DNA of 64,000 nt from a virus (taxonomy: Duplodnaviria > Heunggongvirae > Uroviricota > Caudoviricetes): the IMG/VR virus record IMGVR_UViG_3300035680_000003, one strand, 5' to 3'. The notes beneath the pieces are model-generated. The model had not been told where the DNA came from and made no database searches. It saw only the letters and a list, made by a program, of their open reading frames with translations. Shown here piece after piece: positions 35,738 to 42,692 of the stretch (positions within the stretch are counted from its first letter, which is position 1; every line of letters begins with the position of its first letter). The position numbers were made by a program, and so were the translations under genes.

Positions 35738-38700
35738 TTTCTAATAAGATTTTCGATCAGTGCGCCCATAATATTTTCAACATCTTCACCTACTGGCACA
35801 CACTTGTCTTTACCGTTCTCAGTACCGTTGTAGCGATAATTTTTCCAACAGGCTTTACCATCAGCACCTTTTTTCTTAGCTTCGTCAACGGCATTCATCT
35901 TGTTTAATAGTTCCTGTGCCTTTTCAACACTGATCATATAACGACCAGTTCTATTAGGATCAGCGGCTTTTTGCAACCACTCTTTATTAAATCCTGCAGA
36001 TGCTGCTGGTTTAACATCGCTAGGAGCGACCTGTGTTACATTGGGTTTGCCTGTTAAACGATTGATATTAGGATCATCGCCAGGTGTAACTCGAGCATTT
36101 GCTCCAGCGGACCCTAGTGCCATTGCACCTGCAAGTCCTAATCCTGCTAGTTTAGATCCAAGTCCTTCATCGACCTCTTCCGACATACCTTGCTGAAAAG
36201 ATTTGAATACCACACGAGCAATTTCTTCAACATTCTTTGGAGATAGTTTTTTACCTAGCTGTTCTTTTGCCTGTTGATAGATATCGTTGATGTTTGGGTT
36301 TTCAAAGTTATTTTCGGAATCCCAATATGTAAATGATACTTCTTCACCATTTACTGTGAGTGTGTAAATATTTTGATTAACATCAGTATCTAAGTCAACG
36401 AGCTCAACGCCTTGCGTCACAGGCTTTTGAACCTGTTCAGGACCCACTACTCCCAAATACTTAACAGCATAGTCCAGTGCTCGTTTAACACCAGCTGGTC
36501 CTGCCAATGAATCAAACGCAGGCTGGCCACGTTTGAAATTGACCTGATCGCCAACTTCATCCCAGTCTCCGTGTGCTGTAATGTCTATCAACTCACGAGC
36601 CGAACCCGGAAATTCTTCAAATCGAGTCTGGCCCATTCTGCCCCACAAGTTAGGTAGGGCGGTGTGACGACCACGTGCATCTATGTATTCATTAGTCTCT
36701 TGATCACGCACATACGCATGTACTACTGAGTGTCGGCTGATATCGTTTGAGATTTCTTCTTGTTCTTCTGGACTTAGATCGTTCCACTCATCATCATCCA
36801 TTTGCATGTCCGGTGCGCCAGCAGACATGTTGTATTCCCAGATATATCCTATTGGATACCTCTTTGGATTATGCTGATTTATAGCAACGGCCAGTACCAT
36901 GCATTGTCCTTCCATGTAGTCGGCTTGCGCCTCTGCTCGGTCAGCGTCTTCCGCCACATTGTAATCAGGCATAGGTCTTTGACCAGGGCGACCTTTAACT
37001 CCACGCTTCTCTGTGCTTGGTGGTTTCGTTGGAGGAACAATGTCACCCTGATTTCTATATGGCTGCGGAGCCTTTTTAGGATTGCGGACATCGATAGGAG
37101 ACTGTGCTACTACGATAGGAGCACCTTCCGCCACACCTTTAGTATCGTTAGCAAACTGTTTCTTAGTTGCCTTGACAATGCCACTGAAACGCTTGTCGGC
37201 TTTTTTAGTGTTGCCTGCCTTGTCAGCAGCACTGGCTTGTGCGCCGGCAGCCTTCTTATACTGTCCTAACTTTTCATTGGACAACTCTGCAACAATCTGC
37301 TTCAATCCTGCTAACGCACGACTTTCATTAACTTTAGGGTCCATGCCTAGTTCTTTCTGACTCTGCAAATAGTCCCAAACACTGACCAACATCATCTCGG
37401 CCTTGGCAATCTTTTCTTGTCCCCACTCTGGTAAGTTGTCGTTGTTCTTGATTGTTTTTAACAAGCCATCAACAGCACGAGCCATAGTGCGTAGATTGCT
37501 CTGCGCCATTCCTGCTTCGTCGTCGTATTCACTATTGAATTCTTCTTTCTTTAAATTGCCCCAATCGTCTTTCTCGCTAGAATACTTGCGGCTATTACGA
37601 TCTGCTAATGCACCTTTCTCCATCTTGGCTCTGCGCTGTTCTCTATCACTGTCGAACTTAGCATACTTCTGTGCTTCGCGTCCTTGTGGATTGATTAGGT
37701 CTCTAACCATTTGACTGGTCGGCGCATTTTCAAACATTGGCGTTTTCTGTGTTCTAATCAATGCGTTAAATAATCTTTGTTCTGCAACCGGTACTGGTTG
37801 TGGTGCTGCTGCGGGCTGTTGAACAATGCCCATACCTTTTCTTGAGATGTCCATAAGATGTAGTATCCAATCTTTACCTAATTGTTGTGCGTTAAATCCC
37901 TGCGCCCATACTGCATACTGCTGTTCCGGAGTAGCATTGGGATTTTTTAGAACATCGCGTAGTTTAGTAAAACTTATAGGTCGTGTTCTTGGGATAGTTT
38001 CCAAACCGACCTTAACATGCTCGTAGCCCGGAAACTTATTAACAGCCTTCATTAGCGCACCTGCGATAGGCATGTCTTTACGATCTTCACCTACCATGAT
38101 AACAATGTTGTCATACTTGGGAGGCTTGCCCGGCTGCGGACTGATCAATTCGTGTTTGACCTTTTGCATTAAACTTCCACCTTGCATTACAGCACCGATA
38201 TTGTCAGCATACTGCGGATATAGTTTATGCCATGTCTGTACCTTAACGTCTGTTGGGATAGGATCGTCTGCACCCACTGCATTGCCAATAAACAGGTAAG
38301 GATCACCGCCTAATTCGTTGGCCTTCTTAACAGTTTCGTTAAACAAGTCTTCGTGTCCTAGATGTCCTGCAAAACTACCAACTGCTACCACTGCGGTCTT
38401 TAGGGGACCTTGACGTTTTGCACCCGGTTGAGCCATTTTAGCAGCCATAGCCGACTTCATCTGCTGACTAGTGACTTTAAATATTTGACCGTTAGGCATA
38501 TTAACAACAACACCTTCCATGTTGTCGCCTAGCGCATCTTTGCCTGCTAATTTAGGATTATTAATAATAGCATCGCTTAGTGCTTGTTTAGCTTGATCGA
38601 ACGCAGGCTTATTAGCTTTGTCTTTAGGATCTAAGTTTAGAATAGGATTAATAATCTTGCTGACGTTAATGCCTTTTTGTTCTAGATTATTACTGACAAT

Positions 38701-40554
38701 TTTAATGTTGCTATCACTGGCTGCTAACAAACGCTTTTTGATCTTGTCAGCATCGGGTCTTTCGTCTCCTGTGCTGTATTGTTTGAATACAAAAGGCACC
38801 AGTGTCATCTGCTTGCCTAGCTTTTTAGGATCGTAAGGAATATTGACAAATTTTAGTCCTTGGTCAGTTTGTTGTGCCATGGGATTATACATCATTTCTG
38901 CTTGTACAATAGTGTCTGCAGGTAGTGATTGTATAAACTTGCTACCGGTAATCAATGCCAGTGCATTGTCATAATTCTTTGTTCTTGCCAATGTCTCTGC
39001 ATCCTGACCTTTTTCTTGACCAAAGCTGGTAAAATAACCTACATCATCTTGATACAATGGAGTAGTCACTTTGCTGGTCATGAAGAACGGACGACCACTT
39101 TGATCTTTACCGAATCGAATGCCTGCGCCGTCTACTTTCAAACTGATAGGCACACCGTCAAGTTTGCCACCATTGTCTGCAATTGCCTTGGCAATTTCTA
39201 AGAAATCTGCATTCTTCATTTCTGCTGTACTTACACGACCATCTGGCAGTCTGTTGTACAGGTGTTTGATACCTTGGCGAGCATAGTCTGGCTTTGCTGC
39301 TACTTCTGCTGCGGCATCTTCTGCTACTTCGGTACTGAGTGCATTTCCTCGTTTGGCATTGAACTGGTCTGCATAGTCCATTGCCATCTTAACTGCTTCT
39401 TGTCTTAGGCCTTGAGCATTTGGTAAGTTTAGAGGCTTAACCCCTCCACCGCCTAGCAACATAGCATCTACTGCGGCAAACTTAACATCACGATCTCGAG
39501 CTGGATCATCTTTAGTAATCATCTGTGCTCCGGGTCCAAATAGAATGTCTAGGAATGCACGAGTTACGGATTCAATTTGTTCAGGTTCAAACGACTTGTT
39601 CATTAGCTGTAGTGTTCCTACAAAGCTACCTTGCAAGTTTCGATCAGCAACACCACGCTTACGACCGAAGTTCATCTGGAACTGTTGGTCTAAATTTTGA
39701 ATATAGTCGCGGTCTTTTGGATCCAGCAGTTGCATAACAGGAATGCCGTCTTTTTCCATATGCTGTCCTGTAGCAGGATCGATGTATGGCTTATACTTTA
39801 TGCTCATGCCGCCGCCCTGAGAACTGCTGACTGCAAAACTGTAGTCGCTGTCTGTAACGGGAGCATCACTAATCTTAACACTTTTCTTAAGTACTCGGGC
39901 TACATACTTTTCACTGGACTGTGCATGTGTTAGAGCACGGTTGATATATTTGTGGAATACACCTTTAATACCAGCAGCCATGTCATCATAGTGACTACTA
40001 TGACTGTAGGCAAACCATTCAGTTGGTGCATTTGTTTTAGCGTCATACGGACCTAATTCATAATCAACTTGAATACGAACCTGCGGATCATCTAGCAACC
40101 AAATGCTTGATAACGAACTGTTAAATCCTAAGAATGTGCCGTTGCCAACTTTCTTACCAATAATACTCTTTAACCAAGCAGTGACTTCATCGCCCATATC
40201 CTGGTCAATCTGCGTGTCGATGTCGCCAACTTTTGTTTTCTTTAGTTTGTTTAAGAAGTCCTGTGTATTGATTCCCTTAACATCAAAGAATTGTAAGCTG
40301 CTACCACTGAGCATCTTTCCCGATGCCAATAGTTTTGGATCCCAAATATATTTGCCGTAGGCTGCTTTAAATGATTCGTTTTGTGCAGACAATAATTCTC
40401 GCAGTTGAGCCACCATGTGATCACGGTCGTGAATCTTTAGATCAATTTCTTCTGCTTCTTGATCAGCAGCACCTTGCCAACCTGGACTTTGACTTGATAC
40501 ATTGCCGCCTTCGAGCAATGGTTTTTTATTTCTGATTAGGTCGAACAACTGCAT
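35734..40554 (-). CDS. Multidomain polyprotein: Pol-beta-type nucleotidyltransferase, RNA-ligase-like domain, HIGH-like (cytidylyltransferase-like) domain, then cleavable cassettes including a papain-like module
   Basis: GDID (40216-40227); KVDG (39127-39138) with QAE, EGVVV and FKV motifs; VGSFAGHLGH (38351-38380); V-A-E junctions in the C-terminal half. Confidence 0.75.
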   Translation of the reverse strand: MQLFDLIRNKKPLLEGGNVSSQSPGWQGAADQEAEEIDLKIHDRDHMVAQLRELLSAQNESFKAAYGKYIWDPKLLASGKMLSGSSLQFFDVKGINTQDFLNKLKKTKVGDIDTQIDQDMGDEVTAWLKSIIGKKVGNGTFLGFNSSLSSIWLLDDPQVRIQVDYELGPYDAKTNAPTEWFAYSHSSHYDDMAAGIKGVFHKYINRALTHAQSSEKYVARVLKKSVKISDAPVTDSDYSFAVSSSQGGGMSIKYKPYIDPATGQHMEKDGIPVMQLLDPKDRDYIQNLDQQFQMNFGRKRGVADRNLQGSFVGTLQLMNKSFEPEQIESVTRAFLDILFGPGAQMITKDDPARDRDVKFAAVDAMLLGGGGVKPLNLPNAQGLRQEAVKMAMDYADQFNAKRGNALSTEVAEDAAAEVAAKPDYARQGIKHLYNRLPDGRVSTAEMKNADFLEIAKAIADNGGKLDGVPISLKVDGAGIRFGKDQSGRPFFMTSKVTTPLYQDDVGYFTSFGQEKGQDAETLARTKNYDNALALITGSKFIQSLPADTIVQAEMMYNPMAQQTDQGLKFVNIPYDPKKLGKQMTLVPFVFKQYSTGDERPDADKIKKRLLAASDSNIKIVSNNLEQKGINVSKIINPILNLDPKDKANKPAFDQAKQALSDAIINNPKLAGKDALGDNMEGVVVNMPNGQIFKVTSQQMKSAMAAKMAQPGAKRQGPLKTAVVAVGSFAGHLGHEDLFNETVKKANELGGDPYLFIGNAVGADDPIPTDVKVQTWHKLYPQYADNIGAVMQGGSLMQKVKHELISPQPGKPPKYDNIVIMVGEDRKDMPIAGALMKAVNKFPGYEHVKVGLETIPRTRPISFTKLRDVLKNPNATPEQQYAVWAQGFNAQQLGKDWILHLMDISRKGMGIVQQPAAAPQPVPVAEQRLFNALIRTQKTPMFENAPTSQMVRDLINPQGREAQKYAKFDSDREQRRAKMEKGALADRNSRKYSSEKDDWGNLKKEEFNSEYDDEAGMAQSNLRTMARAVDGLLKTIKNNDNLPEWGQEKIAKAEMMLVSVWDYLQSQKELGMDPKVNESRALAGLKQIVAELSNEKLGQYKKAAGAQASAADKAGNTKKADKRFSGIVKATKKQFANDTKGVAEGAPIVVAQSPIDVRNPKKAPQPYRNQGDIVPPTKPPSTEKRGVKGRPGQRPMPDYNVAEDADRAEAQADYMEGQCMVLAVAINQHNPKRYPIGYIWEYNMSAGAPDMQMDDDEWNDLSPEEQEEISNDISRHSVVHAYVRDQETNEYIDARGRHTALPNLWGRMGQTRFEEFPGSARELIDITAHGDWDEVGDQVNFKRGQPAFDSLAGPAGVKRALDYAVKYLGVVGPEQVQKPVTQGVELVDLDTDVNQNIYTLTVNGEEVSFTYWDSENNFENPNINDIYQQAKEQLGKKLSPKNVEEIARVVFKSFQQGMSEEVDEGLGSKLAGLGLAGAMALGSAGANARVTPGDDPNINRLTGKPNVTQVAPSDVKPAASAGFNKEWLQKAADPNRTGRYMISVEKAQELLNKMNAVDEAKKKGADGKACWKNYRYNGTENGKDKCVPVGEDVENIMGALIENLIRK

Positions 40555-40558
40555 TAAA

Positions 40559-40921
40559 TTATCCTAGATTGTATTTGTCTTTTTTAATATCTTCACGATA
40601 GTGATCGTATAGTCTCTTGCACATTTCTTCACGTAGGTCTTTGGGAAATACTTTGCCTAACTTGCCCTTCATTTCCTTGTACTCGTAATATTCTTTGCAA
40701 CCTTTTTCCACCATGGGCATAAACAATTCCAGCACCATTTCTGGGCCACACTCTTTTAGAGTTTTAAGTTTTTTAGCAATAGGAAAGAAGTAGTCTTTGT
40801 GCAGTTTATCGTGGTCAACGATGTACCAGAAAAGATCATCGTCAAATTTTTCATCAGTTTGATCTTTTCTTTTGTTAGTGTTGAGGTCCATAGACCTACC
40901 GAAGAATTCTACTAGTTTCAT
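40559..40921 (-). CDS. Hypothetical late protein
   Basis: 120 aa beginning MKLVEFF; GGTAAATA lies directly upstream. Confidence 0.7.
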   Translation of the reverse strand: MKLVEFFGRSMDLNTNKRKDQTDEKFDDDLFWYIVDHDKLHKDYFFPIAKKLKTLKECGPEMVLELFMPMVEKGCKEYYEYKEMKGKLGKVFPKDLREEMCKRLYDHYREDIKKDKYNLG

Positions 40922-40931
40922 AATCTAATAT

Positions 40932-41636
40932 TTACCCTTTTAACTTGGCTAAACCCAAAAACTCTAGCCCTTTAATGTACATCCAACCTATGTCAAATTC
41001 CCACCACTTCTGACTAAACTTAGGATTTGCGATATCTGCATGGTGATTATTGTGCAATTCCTCACCGCCGATCCATATGCCCCATGGCATTAAATTTTTA
41101 CTCTTATCTTTAGTGTCAGTATTGCGATATCCCCACCAATGTGCTAGTCCGTTTATTACACCTGCTGCAAAAAAAGGTATCCACAACATCTGTACACCCC
41201 ATACTAAGAATCCCCACCAACCAAATAACAACACGTCTATAACCAACATTACGAGAATACCCAATCGGTGATGGGGTGTATAAAGTGTACGTTCAATCCA
41301 GTCTTTAGGAGTACCCATTCCGTATTTCATAACCATGTCAGCATCACTGCCTGCTTGATTATAATACTTGACTCCTCTAAATACTAAATTCCAAATACCA
41401 AACACATGCGGACTGTGTGGATCACCTTCTACGTCAGTATTTTGATGATGTTTACGATGTACTGCCACCCATTGTTTAGTGGTCATACCTGTAGTGAGCC
41501 ATAACCAGAAACGCATAGCGTGTGCCAGTACTGGGTGAAATTCAACGCCTCTGTGACTTTGACTGCGATGTAGATATAGTGTAACACACATTATAGTAAT
41601 GTGTGTAAACAGTAACGTTATTAAAATTAAATTCAT
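40932..41636 (-). CDS. Membrane fatty-acid desaturase (delta-9/DesA-like)
   Basis: Three His boxes (HRSQSH, HRKHH, HNNHH), DPHSP motif and transmembrane segments. Confidence 0.93.
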   Translation of the reverse strand: MNLILITLLFTHITIMCVTLYLHRSQSHRGVEFHPVLAHAMRFWLWLTTGMTTKQWVAVHRKHHQNTDVEGDPHSPHVFGIWNLVFRGVKYYNQAGSDADMVMKYGMGTPKDWIERTLYTPHHRLGILVMLVIDVLLFGWWGFLVWGVQMLWIPFFAAGVINGLAHWWGYRNTDTKDKSKNLMPWGIWIGGEELHNNHHADIANPKFSQKWWEFDIGWMYIKGLEFLGLAKLKG

Positions 41637-41640
41637 AGTG

Positions 41641-41657
41641 TATTTACCCTATAAATA
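41641..41657. promoter_or_regulatory. Back-to-back T4-like late promoter motifs
   Basis: TATAAATA on + (41650-41657) before 41663, and TAAATA on - (41641-41646) before the desaturase. Confidence 0.65.
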
Positions 41658-41662
41658 TCATT

Positions 41663-42115
41663 ATGAGTATCAGCGACGACCCGCAATATTGGATCAACTT
41701 ACAGTGGCCAGCGGCTCCTAATCAAGACGATTATTCTGTATTTTCTAGCTATTGTATAGGTCGTGTTTTACTGTTAGGTAGCACTCGACTGCTGTTGCCC
41801 TTGTGTACAGAAGCGTGGGACGTAAATCCTGTATATGATGACCCTAAAATCCAGTCTAGGGATTGGTTTACACTAGACAAACACTGGGATACTATTATCG
41901 TAGACGGTGCGTTAGCATTTGGTAAAGATTACTGCGAGCAGTTGTTAAAAGCAGTATTGCCAAACTGTGATCGTTTTATTGCCCGTAGTTTCCTAAACCC
42001 TAACTGGCCCACTAAGTATGCTCAATATTTTCCTAGAGCACACGAATTAACACCTGTTCCACAAGAACACCCCATCAACGAAGTTTATACATTTTACATA
42101 TGGAACAACAAGTAA
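41663..42115 (+). CDS. Hypothetical protein, possibly class I SAM-methyltransferase-like
   Basis: VLLLGST, then D, then DTIIVDG spacing is loosely like the Rossmann methyltransferase motifs; weak evidence. Confidence 0.5.
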   Translation: MSISDDPQYWINLQWPAAPNQDDYSVFSSYCIGRVLLLGSTRLLLPLCTEAWDVNPVYDDPKIQSRDWFTLDKHWDTIIVDGALAFGKDYCEQLLKAVLPNCDRFIARSFLNPNWPTKYAQYFPRAHELTPVPQEHPINEVYTFYIWNNK

Positions 42116-42690
42116 TATTAGCCATGTACTCAGGCGGCCTGGACAGCCTAGGTATGATCTACAAACTGTTAACAGAACCCGAGTATAAACACTATGTTCT
42201 ACACATACATCACATACACCATCACAATGTAGAACATAGAGATCGTGCTGAAGCTGTAGTTGTTGACCGTGTGCTGAAAGAATTAGAAAGTATGGGCTAT
42301 AGTTTTATCTTCAGTGAAAGTGAGATAGGCTCACAGCCCTACAATGGGCAGTTCATGTATGACACAGACAGCATCAACTTCTTTGCTGGCTATATTTGCT
42401 CTGTTAATCCACGTATTGTACGAGTTGCTATGGGGATGCAGGCCAACGATCATAACCATAGTTTAGAGGAACGCAGAATACGTGCCAATGCTATACTGAC
42501 AGCATTTACACCTGTGGAGAAAATATATCCTGTGTTAGATATGACCAAGCGTGAAATATACGATATGTTACCAGAAGGTTTGCGTAACATGTTTTGGTCG
42601 TGCCGGCGTCCAGTGTACAGTGAAAAAAATATCGCACCTTGTCTAAAGTGCGATACTTGTGTGAAACTGCGTGAGCAGGGTATACGTTAA
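42100..42690 (+). CDS. QueC-like PP-loop ATP pyrophosphatase with Zn site
   Basis: N-terminal YSGGLDS PP-loop; C-terminal WSC...CLKCDTC..LRE as in QueC. Confidence 0.75.
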   Translation: MEQQVILAMYSGGLDSLGMIYKLLTEPEYKHYVLHIHHIHHHNVEHRDRAEAVVVDRVLKELESMGYSFIFSESEIGSQPYNGQFMYDTDSINFFAGYICSVNPRIVRVAMGMQANDHNHSLEERRIRANAILTAFTPVEKIYPVLDMTKREIYDMLPEGLRNMFWSCRRPVYSEKNIAPCLKCDTCVKLREQGIR

Positions 42691-42692
42691 AC

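Larger units (their letters stand above)
32861..37139 (-). repeat. Dispersed 17-bp direct repeat, consensus AGCAAGGTGTGGCGGAA (coding strand), 8 copies
   Basis: Plus-strand copies start at 32861, 33131, 33611, 34292, 34544, 36178, 36949 (partial) and 37126 (partial). All are in frame and encode the V-A-E type motif. Confidence 0.85.

Noticed and set aside
32861-37139. Dispersed 17-bp repeats read as a CRISPR array
   Set aside because: Spacers are 177-771 bp within each gene, in frame and protein-coding; repeats are short and non-palindromic; no cas genes.
32861-37139. GGTGTGG core read as a Chi site
   Set aside because: It does not match E. coli Chi (GCTGGTGG) and is confined to protein junctions in one frame.
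36802-37714. Antisense ORFs such as 36802..37269, 37082..37360 and 37403..37714, and similar short ORFs throughout (e.g. 52208..52587, 57467..57871)
   Set aside because: They lie wholly opposite or out of frame to well-supported genes, lack motifs and are expected shadows of biased codon usage.
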